Shown here: in pieces, positions 24,601-37,603 of the stretch | How the letters are laid out: every line of letters starts with the position of its first letter | Numbering within the stretch: position 1 is the stretch's first letter | Origin: Octopus sinensis | Taxonomy: Eukaryota | DNA: 64,000 nucleotides | Direction: 5' to 3' | Assembly: GCF_006345805.1 (NCBI RefSeq) | Contig: NC_042999.1 | Coordinates: 28,830,001-28,894,000 of the forward strand | Program-made: the position numbers and the translations under genes | Notes under the pieces: model-generated | Database searches by the model: none | Told to the model about the DNA's origin: nothing | Seen by the model: the letters and a program-made list of their open reading frames with translations, nothing else

Positions 24601-26327
24601 TCCGATGCTATTTAGAACAACTTAGGTTCAAACTTGGAAGTCAATTGGCAATTCACACTATACTGTATCTCTAATATTTATCATGTATCTGATATTATAT
24701 CATCATGTATATGTCAATGTGTTGAGAGGGTCAGAAAATCGACTTCACTCAGTTGTTACGCTATTTCATTCTAATTCCAAGATGTCCAAGAGGTCCCCTT
24801 GCGTCTACCAACGAAAATATTTTCTCCATATAAATGTTATGATCATATAAATGCGTCTACCAATGAACACACTTTCTCCATATAAATGTTATAATCTTCA
24901 CAGATATTTTTACTACCACAGGGTCTTTTAAATTAAACTCTATAATTATCAGAAGTAACTTATTTATTATTGAGATGTTGTAGAAGACAGATAGACCGTA
25001 ATCATAAGGCAAAAATTTTACTTTGCGATTCATTTATTCACCCTTTAACAAATAATTCCTACTGGAATATACATTTATTCACACACGCTACTGTAAAACA
25101 GCAATTGAATACATTAGCTACGATTATTAATTGAAATGTTATATAAGGCCTTGCTGGTCGATTTCGTAAGGTTTCTTTTCTAAGGTTTCTAATAACATCG
25201 TCACTTACTATTTAATTACAACATTGCTATATACTTTTACATGTGAATTATTTTCCAAACGGTTGCTTAGAATTAATAGATAACTCATTCCATTTAATTT
25301 TTACATAACAAGACGAATCAAGCATGCAATACAATTGCTAAAGAATGTATCGAGGAGTATTCCATGAAAAGTGATGTACCTTTTATGAAAGGGCTGGGAG
25401 CGATATGATAGGAATTCAGCTGAGCTGTCTTGCAACTCAGGCAAACGAACATAGACTCTGCTGCTGCACCACACAAATATGGTATAATTTGATAAATAGC
25501 CACGTCAGACTATTCATTACATCGAGAGGATATAATTTCTTCTTAATATCATCTTCTGCTGCAATTTCTAATGCAACTATCTCAATTATATATCTTCTTT
25601 CTTGATAACAGTACTTCAATGACCACTTGTTCTACTCTGTACAGCAAAACATTATTTACTGTTATAATTTCATTACAACTATGAAAGTTTGCTCAACTTA
25701 TGATATTTTGTTCGTTTTAGTCTACACATTTATATCTACTGTTCATATGGGTATTTTGTAAACATTATGTCTTATAAAATTACAAACACAATTAGTCCGC
25801 ATATTATTTATGCAATTAATACTGAAATTATACAATTATGGCCATTTTACTTTTACCATATACCAGTTCATATACATTCCACAGTGCGGGTGCGTTAGTG
25901 ATATTTTTGCAAATTCCGATGTTTATAAATCTTCAAAGGACAATATTCATCAACAAAATGCTCACGTGTGACAGAGAGAGAGGGGGAGAGAAGAGAGAGT
26001 GAGAGAGAAAGATAAGAGATAGAGGAGAGAGAAGAGAGATATAAGGGTTGGAGGAAGAGAAACTACATAGATAGTTGAACACGAATTAATAGAGGCAATT
26101 ATTTTTGAGTTTCACTTGTAACGGCTCATCAGACAGTCTTACAAGTCATTGCTGTCGAAATTTCAGCTACAGATAACTTTCGAATTAATGACGAGATTAC
26201 ACGGATGTATGTGTGAGTGTGTGCGTATGTATGGGTGTATGTGTATGTATGTGTGCAAGCGAGTGTGTGTTACACTAGCTGAAGCAGCTGTTGTAATTGC
26301 CTTGTTATGTTTGATCTAATGGTTTCA

Positions 26328-26947
26328 AATATTCTTTTCTACTCTAGGCACAAGGCCAGAAATTTTTGGAAAGAAGGCCAGTCGATTAGACCTACACCAG
26401 TACGCAACTGGTACTTAATTTATCGACCCCGAAAGGACGAAAGGCAAAGTCCACCTCGGTGGAATTTGAACTCAGAATATAAAGACAGGTGAAATACTGC
26501 GAAGCATTTCGCCCGGCCTGCTAACGTTTCCTATTTCTTTATTGCACACAAGGGGCTAAAGATAGAGGGGACAAACAAGGACAGACAAACGGATTAAGTC
26601 TATTATATCGACCTCAGTGCGTAACTGGTACTTATTTAATCGACCCCGAAAAGATGAAAGGCAGAGTCGACCTCAGTGGAATTTGAACTCAGAACGTAAC
26701 GGCATACGAAATACCTATTTCTTTACTACCCACAAGGAGCTAGACACAGAGAGGACAGACAAGGACAGACAAACGGAGTAAGTCGATTATATCGACCCCA
26801 GTGCGTAGCTGGTACTTATTTAATCGACCCCGAAAGGATGTACGGCAAAGTCGACCTCGGCGGAATTTGAACTCAGAACGTAGTGGCAGACGAAATACCG
26901 CTAAGCATTTCGCCTGGAGTGCTAACGTTTTTAGCAGCTCACCGCAT
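26328..26947 (-). mobile_element. SINE family B, three tandem units
   Basis: Repeated module TCGACCCCGAAAGGATGAAAGGCAAAGTCGACCTCGGCGGAATTTGAACTCAGAAC; B box GAGTTCAAATTCC on the minus strand. The central GCCTTTCATCCTTTCGGGGTCGAT resembles the Deu/Nin SINE domain (from memory). Confidence 0.85.
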
Positions 26948-27557
26948 TTTAATGGATTCAGATATTAGCACAGAGTCATCAGTTTTGGGATGATACCAGT
27001 AGCTGGTGTTTGAGAAGGTATAAGGTGTTATCATTCAGTCGTTTGGAGTTGTGGGAATCCTGTTACTTTTCGATTGACATCTTGTCTCTGGTAATTTTTG
27101 TGAATAAATTGTGTTTTCTCTTTCTGCTGCTTTATTATCGGATATTTCAGTCTTTTACAACAGTTTCAAGGCACAAAATATTTTGTGACATCTGTTCTTC
27201 CTTGGCACATATACAGCTAAGAAACGGCCATGTTCAATCTCTAATGCAAAATAGAAAGTTGAAGGGATCAAGGTTAAACCTCGGTTGCGTAACTACAAGA
27301 GTACCGCATTTTACCACGTGAGCACTGAACGTGATGCAGCCAAAGTAAAACATTTTTTGGTGAAATGCAAATAATTCTTGACTTCCCCTTATATATTACT
27401 CCTACATTAATTTGTATTCATTCTGCGTATTTGGAAATTACGTATTTTCATTGTACAGAATCAGTTTTGAACGTAACTATGAGTTGTATGTTCAAATATA
27501 TTCCAGCTTCATATAACACCTTTATTTATAAATATACATGAATCAATATTACCATGT

Positions 27558-27854
27558 GTCGAGGCGCAATGGCCCATTGGCCGGAGGATCGCGGTTTCGA
27601 TTCCCAGACCGGGCGTTGTTTGTATTTATTGAGCGAAAACACCTAAAGCACCACGAGGCTCCGGCAGTGGGGGCGACCCCTGTTGTCCTCTTTCGCCCCA
27701 ACTTTCTCTCACTCTCTCTTCCTGTTTCTTGAGTAACGCTATGATGGACTGGCGTCCCGTCCAGCTGCGGGGGGGGGGACATACGCCACAGAAACCGAGA
27801 AACCGGGCCCATGAGCCTGGCTAGACCTTGAAAAGGGCACATAAATAAATAAAA
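27558..27854 (+). mobile_element. tRNA-derived SINE with family C head and a different, V-domain-like 3' module
   Basis: Head shared with 3970-4351; 3' part GATGGACTGGCGTCCCGTCCAG; A-rich tail; 13-bp TSD AATATTACCATGT / AATATTACTATGT (27545-27557, 27855-27867). Confidence 0.85.
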
Positions 27855-29092
27855 AATATTACTATGTAACTTTTGATTTTATTTAAGATGAGTGAATTTG
27901 GTTCAGGAAATATTTGATAGCCATACACAGTAGACATTCTTTCTCATTTCGTCTGCCAAATTGTGTTTGTTGCACGTGATATTTAACGTGAAACTAATTT
28001 ATCCCAGCATAACTTTGACACGAATCCAATTTACTGAAGAATCAATGTCGTAAGATATTTATGTATAGAACATTTATAAGTATCATTCAACGGATCCATT
28101 TAATCTCCCTAAATGGCTTAATGATATCTATAACAAGAAGAAAAATATGGTTTTACACTCGGGAAGATTTGTAGTATGTGGCAAATTTTCCCGCCAGCCA
28201 TCATTTGTTACAACCTGTAAGATTTGCAACTATCTGACTGATATAAATCAATTGACGAAGGATTTTATTCCATGATATTATCAGTAACTAACACCGGGGA
28301 TGTTCTTTTATCTCTACATTTTCTAAGAAGCAGATTTTTGATAACGAAATAAAACAATTTCAATGCGGCTTCATGTCTATACAAATGCATTTGAAAAGCC
28401 TCCTAGTAACATTTAAGCTTTGAGAAAATGCCACTTTTTAATAGTATCTGCAGTTAAATTTTTATTTTAATTTTCTTTAGTCAAATGTAAAGATTCCTTA
28501 ATCTTTTTAAAACTGTTAATGTGCTGCATTTTTCTGATAGCTATTACTTTACGTTACTTGTAAAGAACAACTAATACTTATTTGCTACCCTTAAAAAAGA
28601 AAAAAAAAACTGTTTTATGTATATTTTCAATTCCCTCTGGTTGAGTATACGGCTGTAAACCGTTTTTTACTCACTATGAGGAAACTGAAAACCTACTTTG
28701 TATACATTTATCTACTTCTCAAGAGATTCGAATTTCAAATATTTTAAAAATTAATTAATTAATTTTCTGAGAACCTGAATTGAAACAGCTGTAAGTGATA
28801 TTTGTTAATTTTCTAATTAATAAATAATAATTTATTAATTACATCTCCGTTCTCTCATCCTATTATTATAATATATTAAATCTACAGTTTATATAGTTAC
28901 TTTGCAGTTGAGGATTAAATATATACAATACCCTTTCTATAGGTAATTAACCAGGATTTTCATAGGATTTTGCTATCCCTGAATGGCGTTTATAAACTTT
29001 AGTTGTGTGGATGTATATATATATATATACATAAATGTTCACATGTGTATACATATACACACAGACATAGACAAAGACACACACAAACAGAG

Positions 29093-29123
<31 letters not shown>

Positions 29124-30454
29124 TATGGTGCATACACTCATGGATGAAATCTTGAGGTTTTGGGGATTTTCAGTGGTTTAACTAATACACTTTTACTCCT
29201 AAACGTAAGACTTATCTTTAGCCATGTTAACCACGTAACCACATATTATTTATTCAACACACGTTTGTTATTACCTGTCACGATTATACACTTAATTGAT
29301 GTTACTTTATTCTTTGACCGATTAAATACTTATGATTTGTATTAGAACATAATTGCAAGGATGTCGGTTATAATATCATAAAATAGGGACTAATTTTATT
29401 TTTAAAAATGTGTTCACAGTGATGAGCCAGTTTCTCCTGAGAGCGGTATCAGTGTCTTGTTTTATCATTGTGTTAAATATAAGATTTTTGATGGGAAAAA
29501 TGACTTGTATTTTAAATATTCTGAATATGTGCAACTGATAACCTTATATACGCAAAAATAAAAATATTGAACTGTTACGCTTACTCGATGGCAAATAATA
29601 CCGAATAAATAAGTGAAAATAACACTATAATCATCTAAGTAAACTTGCTAATATAGTTAATGAAAACAAAATTGGTTGTACCTAATTATTTGGTCTTTTA
29701 ATATCCTATTATTTCCTATAGAAATCTGTTGAATTAAATCTACGTAGAAAATAATATATCCCAAATTGTCCTTGGAAATTTCCCTGAGGTATATACCTGA
29801 TATTTAAAAGACTGAATATTCCTTTACAGAGAATTATTTCTAGATTTAAGCAGCAGAGACAGCATCGCATATATCCATGGCCCACAGCAAACGTTTACAA
29901 ATGATATCGGGTTGAATAGCTCAAAACTGTCTATAATATATGTAAGTTGTTATAAAATTGCATCTAGGAAGCCAAGTATGGGACTGTTGTCAGCAATTGC
30001 CAAACTTTATAGGCGTACTGGAAGGCACACTATCGTGCATGGGTAGTACAAAACGTGTGGGACATAACATTTATACCTATAGTACTGCAGTCTTCATAGA
30101 TGTCAGGAAAATATTATAGGTAATTAAACCAAAAGTGTAGTGACATTCCAGGAAGAAATGGCCAAACTGATTGACTGCTTTGAGTCCGTGACATGTTTAT
30201 CTAAATCGTAAATATCCACTTTTGGATATGATATATTTTTTCTTCTCAGAAATTATAATGAAAAGCTATGAAATGCGTAAAATTTAGAAAATAATTATTT
30301 TAGTTTAACAGCTTGCATATAGATCTATGTGTTACGGTCACTTTAAGGTGAAAACAACATATAATAATGTTTACTATGGGATGAATATTGGCTTCCAAAT
30401 TCCTTGTGGCACATGACTTCATCTGCATTTTAATATTACATGTAAAAGGGGGAG

Positions 30455-30660
30455 AACTGACAGAATAGTTCACGCGCGGGAAAATTCGTAGCGGCATTTC
30501 GTCCAACTTTACGTCCTGCGACCAAATTTCTCAGCGTTCGATTTTGTCTTTCATTATTCCGTGGAGTAGATAAAATTAAACTTTTGAATATTGGGGTCGA
30601 TGTAATCAACGCAACCCCTTCCAACAAAATTAGTGATATTGTGCCAAAATTTGAGACCAG
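30455..30660 (+). mobile_element. Old diverged SINE family B copy
   Basis: GCGGCATTTCGTCC...GGGGTCGATGTAATC...TTGTGCCAAAATTTGAGACC is the reverse complement of the family B pattern. Confidence 0.6.
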
Positions 30661-31954
30661 TATTTCAAGTATAAGTGAATCTACCGTGTAGATTTTTAAA
30701 GAGAGATAATGAACATTTAAAAGTGTGTAATTTAAGTAATGTTTCGGTGTGTTTAGAAGCCACCGGCTTTAAGGATTTAATTTGATCCACCGGAATACTA
30801 TTTATTAATGAGAGAACAAGCAGACACTATTTTTCAGTTTTACCTGTGTTTTTAATGTGAGATTACGGTTAGTAAATTTATGGCAGAATGAGTTTCAAGA
30901 AAGATTTATGTCAGAATAGTTCTCACAGGAGTGAGGCGTACATAGGAACTAAAAGCTAATTCGAAGTATATTGACGATTCCATGCGAATATATAAATATT
31001 TCTCAATGCTGAATTACGCATAAATCACTAACGATTTGTTATTTCAGAGGCAGTATTATATAAATCAGTTCCCGGTTTTCGAAAAATTTCACTTGCTGAT
31101 AAATGCTGTTCTATGTACAAGCATTCTCACTCTTTCGTTTCCTTTCAGAATATATTCGTTTAAGTAGCACCAGATTTGGTACAGAGAATAACATTGAGTA
31201 CATGCTATTACTAAGATTATTTTCATTGATATTTTAAACTTTCTCATCACTTGTTACTTGGTCTTGTAATTCAGATGTACACGAATTGATGTGGAGTGTA
31301 CGTATTTCGTCACGTCACCGCTGTTATATTGATCTAACCTAAGCCTAGCACTGAAGGATTTGAAGTACTGTGAAATGTGAATCTAGCTCTTTCCGAGATT
31401 ATTATAACTTTTCAAATATAATTCATCTCAAAAGATTCTAATATGGCCTTCATAACTTTGGGTAGATGTAGATTGTACTTTAAACAACATATCAGTTAAA
31501 CAAATGTACCCTGCAAAGTGTCCTAATTCCTTTGCCGATGTTGTGATTTAAAATGAAAAACAATTACTAAACAATCAGAACAATTTTATTTACGTTAGAA
31601 GTTGTTGATTTCCACTAACAATTCTATCAATATTATTGTTGATATATGGTGAAAAAGATTAGGTTCATCATAATTGCTCTTCCAAACGTATTGTTAACCC
31701 GCTATTGGAAGGAATTTCAATCATGAACAAAACTTTAAATCCCTATTTAAACTTTTGTTCATGATTAAAGTTTAAATATATTAAAGAATATCGTGTTTTC
31801 GTGTGCATACTGCATCAATATGTTTAAATTCAGTGGAGAGCTATTTCGTAGCTGAAAACTTAGGCACCCTTACATTGCTCACTGTTGTATACAAATGCAA
31901 ATATTACTACTTCATTTAGTGAATGGCATATCCTTTTCTACTCTAGTGACGAGA

Positions 31955-32325
31955 CCCAAAGTTTTGGGGTAGGGGACAGTCGATAAGATCGACCCCAGTA
32001 CGAAACTGGTATTTGATTTATCGATCCCGAAAGGATGAAAGGCAAAGTCGACCTCAGCAGAATTTGAACTCAGAACGTAGCGGCAGACAAAATACCTATT
32101 TCTTTACTACCCACAAGGGGCTAAACATGGAGGGGACAAATAAGGACAGACAAACGGATTAAGTCGATTACATCACCCCCAGTTCGTAACTGGTACTTAA
32201 TTTATCGCCCCCGAAAGGATGAAAGGCAAATTCGACCTAAGCGGAATTTAAACTCAGAACGCAGCGGCGGACGAAATATCACAAAGCATTTCGCCCGGCG
32301 TGCTACCGTTTCTGCCAGCTCGCCG
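31955..32325 (-). mobile_element. SINE family B, two tandem units
   Basis: Same modules as 26328-26947, ending in head CTGCCAGCTCGCCGC. Confidence 0.85.
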
Positions 32326-32494
32326 CTTTTTTCCGAACGGCATGTTGCAAAAGAGTACGTAGAACGGAAAAATGTCGATTTAAATTTGTAAGGCTCTAAC
32401 AGACGACTGTAAATTAGAGACTGCTGAAATCTGAGAAGCGCATAATATAATTGCCTTGACAAAAGTAGGTATATATATATATATTCATGTATCA

Positions 32495-32715
32495 CTAATA
32501 TTGTTTCAAATTTTGTCAGAAGGCCAGTACTTTCGGGAAAGAGTATAACTTGATTACATCGGTGACAATGCTCTCTAAGTACTTAATTATTCGACACCAA
32601 ATTAACGAAAAGCAAATCGACGTCGTTGGGACATGAACTCACATCATAAAGACGAAGAAAATTCTGCAAATATTTTTACCCGGCGTATTAGCGATTCTGT
32701 CAAAACGCCGCCTTC
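32495..32715 (-). mobile_element. Degenerate SINE family B copy
   Basis: GTTTCAAATTTTG..AAGGCCAG...GATTACATCG...CGATTCTGTCA..CGCCGCC. Confidence 0.6.
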
Positions 32716-34377
32716 ATTTATCTCTAATATTACAATACGAAAATAAAGAAGACAAGACTTGGCAATTTAGATGAGTTTAAATGTTTAATTAACGAAGTAA
32801 CTTATTGCCAGAAGAAATTTTTGTAAGACTAAATTTTAGATTGAATTATTCATTCCAAAAGAATAAAAAGGGAGTCAACCTATCAGGAAACATAAGTATT
32901 TGTGACATAATTGTTATGATATAAATAATTATATAAATACATAATAATGGACAGATAAGTATACTAAAAATGCTAAATATATTTTAAAGTGTTATGTAGT
33001 TACAAAGAAATATATTAGCAAGTAAGTGTATTGAGAAAAATAAAATATTCATAAATTAATATGTAACAGGCTATTATTTACGACTTTGAAGACTTGATAC
33101 AGACAATCTATAGACAATTAAAGGAAATAACTATAATAGTAACAGGATATCAAAGTATGAATGATGAATGACAAGAATAAATTTTAACGTTTTACGCACA
33201 AACACAGACACATAAGTATAAGAGTATACACACACATGCACGCACACAAGCACATAAACAGACAGGCACACACACACACGTATACATTATGTGCAAAATA
33301 ATATATTTTGGAGAGATAAGAAGAGCTAAAAATTAAAATATTCAATCGTTGAAATTTAAGAATCAGGCAAAAAAACTAATGATGCAGTTTTTAGTAACTT
33401 AATTGAATTCGATATAAGAAACTTTTGCTGTAAGACATTAAGCCAAGAAAGAAAATCTAGTATCCAGTCTAATATTTGGGCCGGTAGACGTAATATAAAT
33501 AGTAAGACAGAAAGTGAAATAAATATTCGTGGAAGCTGAGTATTTAATCTGGTATTTTAGGTACGTAATGTTGCAAAATAATGGTTTATAATTTAGGCAC
33601 AACGCCTGCAATTTAAGGGGAGCAATTTAGTAAATTATATCGACCGCAAAACTAAATTAGTACTGTATTTATAAATGAGTTGCGGAGTTGTTCTCGGCGG
33701 TATCTAAATGAAAACATCTGGAAGAATGTAAACAATCACAAGAATTAACCCATATAATTTTTCCGATGCTGTAACGATTCTATCAGCTTCCACAAATTTG
33801 CTCTACCGAAATAATACAACGAGTTGTGTCATAAGGAGTAATGTATATAAACCATACTCATACTGAAAAAAAAAAACCCAGATGAATTGTCCTCTATACA
33901 GAAGCCTTCAAATTAATCGACGTGTTCTTTGAAATTCATAGTATTCCAGATATATTTCTTACGAAAACAAAACTACCTACATTCTGTTAAGTTATATGCA
34001 GTAATATCTATCATAAGTTCAGTTTAAAGTGAACATTTTATTCACGAATGTGACTCCATGCTACAGGGTAACGGGGAGAGGAATGTCTTCATAGACAGTG
34101 GAGAATGGTTTTAGTCTCTGATAACTTTACGAAACACCAAAGCAAGGATATTTTGTAGGAAAGCATTAATACATAAAATATAAAAGTGTTTACTGAACCT
34201 GTGTATGTTCCGGTATAGCAGAATCGTTAACACGCCGGACAAAATTTCGTCTGCCTTTACCTTCGGATTTACCTATGTCACTCAAAGTCCGAATATTACA
34301 CATACATATGGATACACAGATCACTCTCTCTCTCTCTCTCTCACTCTCTTTATATATATATGTATATATATATATAT

Positions 34378-34625
34378 ACATACATACAAACATGCATACA
34401 TACATACATACATACATACATACATACATACATACATACATACATACATACATACATACATACATACATACATACATACATACATACATACATACATACA
34501 TACATACATACATACATACATACGTACGTACGTACGTACATACATACATACATACATACATACATAAATACATACATACATACATACATACATAAATACA
34601 TACATACATACATACATACATACAT
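34378..34625. repeat. (TACA)n microsatellite
   Basis: Directly visible; source of several spurious ORFs. Confidence 0.95.
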
Positions 34626-34789
34626 AGAGACATATAAGAGTTGTATGTGTAAATATTGAGATATATATAAATATATGTATAAATATATATATACACGTCT
34701 GAAAAATACATGTGTATATATCTTCACATATATGTTTTCCTTATATTACTAAGCACTGAACTGCTAAACCATATAAATTCTTTAATTCT

Positions 34790-35630
34790 TCATACTACTA
34801 ACCCCCTCTCGCTGCCCTACACTTAGACTCTACCACTACACATTTGTCACTCCTTTACCTTTTACCATCCTCATACTTTCTATCTTTTTACACTATAATA
34901 CCTTTCTCTCTCTTTTACCCTCCGTCTCCCCACTCCTACTTTTAAATCATTTCCACTGACCACTAACTTATCTACATCTTCATTTTCTTTTTCCTTCTTT
35001 CTTCTTTCCTTTATTCCTCTCTTCAGGGTTTTTTAATAAATTTTTTAATTTTTTATTACTCTATTACTTTTCTTCTTACATTCTTCTCCTTCTTTTCTCT
35101 CTTTCCTCTTCTCTTTTTTCTCTTTCTTTATTCCTCTCTTCCTGTTTTCGATTTGCCCCAACTAATACACTCCCTATTTTTAGGTCACTTTAAAAAAAAA
35201 AAACCTTTGACTCTACAACACTATATAAATTCTGTACTTGGAATGACCGAGTGTAAATACTGATGGATTTCCCTAATAAGGTATTGGAATCATACATTGT
35301 GTATAAACTCTATATTTGGAATGACACATTTTAAATTCCGTTGGATTTTACTCATAAGGTACTGGAATCTTACATACATGCCATTCTGCCTAAAAAATGG
35401 ATCTACAATTTCAATATCGCAACATATCTCACATCTATTTTCTTTCCTCCACCTCACTCTCTATTTTGTATCCTATCTAAATTAACTATTATTTGACCAT
35501 CCTCTCACACCGTCTCCGATGAAGTGATATAATTAATAAATATCCTGGAAACAGCTGTAAGACCTTCTATCTATAAATGTTCTAATATCTACACAGCTTT
35601 GGCTTTCTTATCTCGTTAAGCAAAAAATTC
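34790..35630 (+). mobile_element. Probable Penelope-like element 3' UTR / pseudo-LTR remnant
   Basis: Pyrimidine-rich tract, then a hammerhead-like motif at 35512-35563 and a short tail, ending at (TA)n; family assignment is inferred. Confidence 0.45.
35512..35563 (+). ncRNA. Minimal type I hammerhead-like motif (U4C variant)
   Basis: Stem I GTCT/AGAC, core CCGATGA (35516-35522), stem II GATAT/ATATC, GAAA (35548-35551), palindromic stem III ACAGCTGT, GUA triplet. Confidence 0.55.
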
Positions 35631-36658
35631 TTATATATATATATATATACATTTACACATAACATGAGCAGAAATAATGGGTTATGCAAACATTTATATA
35701 TTTTTAAAATATTTATTTATCTGAAGCTTACAACTGTTTCGGATATAAATTTGAGTGTGTCCATCGATCAATTTTATGAATCGATACATTGATAGACTAA
35801 AATATATGTAACGGTCCTGAACGTACTCGAATGCATATCTGAAACAGATTCAAACCAATAATAAATAAATGAAAATATTTATATAACACATATTTGAATC
35901 TCTTTTATGCATGATTCTCTAAAATCGTATCATCTTAAATGGATAATGCAACCATAGAATTGCACGTGTGACTGTCCATCTACATCAACTTCAGATTTCG
36001 GCATGTTTATTTGGAGTACAATAACGATCACAAACCATTTTTGTTTACCTGGTGTATTAAGTAAAGGAGAATTTGTGTGTATATATCGCTGTTACTTATG
36101 TATATCGCGTGTACGGATACGTAGGCAGTATGCTGATTTATATGCGATTAGATAATGACCTATTCATATTGGTTATGCATAAATCTATGAGTGCGCGTGC
36201 GGCCTGAGAATGTATATGTGGGCGTGATTACACTGTAGACATTCTTCTAATTGTCCCTGTGTTGTAACTGCTTAGCGTCGCCAAAAGATGTCATGAAAAT
36301 GGTTTTATATCTTTGAATGGCGAACGCTTTGATGTATACGATTATTTCCGACGAACTTAATTTTAACTTTATTTTGATTTACATTTATATCTTTTACTAT
36401 GATTAATTGATTTAAATCTTACTTGATGTAACTTATATAGGCTTTATGTATACCGATTATTTGCATGTTGTCGAAACGGCCATTCATGTGACATTAATAT
36501 GCATCGCCGGGATATTTAAGAGTTTGATCGTGTCTACACAAAATGATGTCTGAGGAGGTGAACGAGCTATAATAATATTAGTACATATTCCTGTATATTA
36601 AATGTATTATATAACATTGTATGAGATATGAAATCAAAAATAATATTTTATTCGCCGA

Positions 36659-36678
36659 AATATTATTATTAAAATAAA

Positions 36679-36713
<35 letters not shown>

Positions 36714-36735
36714 ATTATTATTATTATTATTATTA

Positions 36736-36806
<71 letters not shown>
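36659..36806. repeat. (TAA)n microsatellite
   Basis: Directly visible. Confidence 0.95.
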
Positions 36807-37300
36807 GAGTGGGAGTACAGCGCATGACATAGGGGTAGAAATATACACAACGCACATACATCACAACCATACGTGCGTGACTGGTAATCTCATATTAAAA
36901 TAATCAGCGCATGATGTTGCAGGTGGGTCACAGTTACAATTTTCTTCTGGACCTCTATCCTTCCCGCTCAAAAGTCCCTGAATAAGGTTTGTTTAAGGAT
37001 GATGAAGAAGACACCCACGTCTCTAGAGCTTTACTTTTAAATCACCAAGCAACTCCTCTCAATACACGACTAAGATGTTCCTCCACTCTTCCTAATTGCG
37101 ATCAGAGATGCAAAAATCTTCATTCACAAAGGAACATCTTCAACTAGTTGTGGTCGACCAACTGATAATCAAATATTGGGTATTGAGCAGAATATTTGCT
37201 GTTACCCAGCCTCTATACCAAGGAAAGCCATATACATGATTGCATTTTCGAACGGTTAAGATCAGAAGCTATGTATGCTATCGTCTGATACTGCATCACA
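36807..37300 (-). mobile_element. Probable RTE-type LINE 3' end with (TAA)n tail
   Basis: Minus strand gives GRP...DRN*EEWRNI (RTE-like C-terminal DR.EWR motif) then a UTR. 36880-37070 is homologous to 45400-45570. Confidence 0.5.
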
Positions 37301-37319
37301 GTATTTATTATTATCAATA

Positions 37320-37388
<69 letters not shown>

Positions 37389-37603
37389 TATGTTTGACTT
37401 TTGCTTTATATTTGTACAAGTTGGCTCCAAGTCTCATCCAGAGACCTCAAGAGACAACAGGGTTGGAAGTTCATGTTGTTGTTATGCCTAGTGTGCCATA
37501 TATTTGGGGGGTGGGGATGTTGTACTAATGAATGTCTAAAAAAAAAAAAGGTTTTTTTTTTTTTTTTTAAAACCGAAAATTATGTTTGTTTTAAACCTTG
37601 AGA

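Noticed and set aside
24801-24895. Small tandem duplications (52-bp period here; 30 bp at 19380-19431; 28 bp at 22505-22580)
   Set aside because: Ordinary slippage products with no further structure.
26328-26947. Regularly spaced repeats resembling a CRISPR array
   Set aside because: Whole ~185-bp units are homologous with no unique spacers, they are SINE modules, and the context is eukaryotic with no cas genes.
28718-28795. CTCAAGA...GAAACAGCTGTAAG hammerhead-like string
   Set aside because: The essential G5 is mutated and stem II has a long AT-rich loop; only cited as a related word.
35726-35772. Minus-strand TTGATCGA-T-GGA...TCC-GAAACAGTTGTA
   Set aside because: Core disrupted and no stem I pairing.
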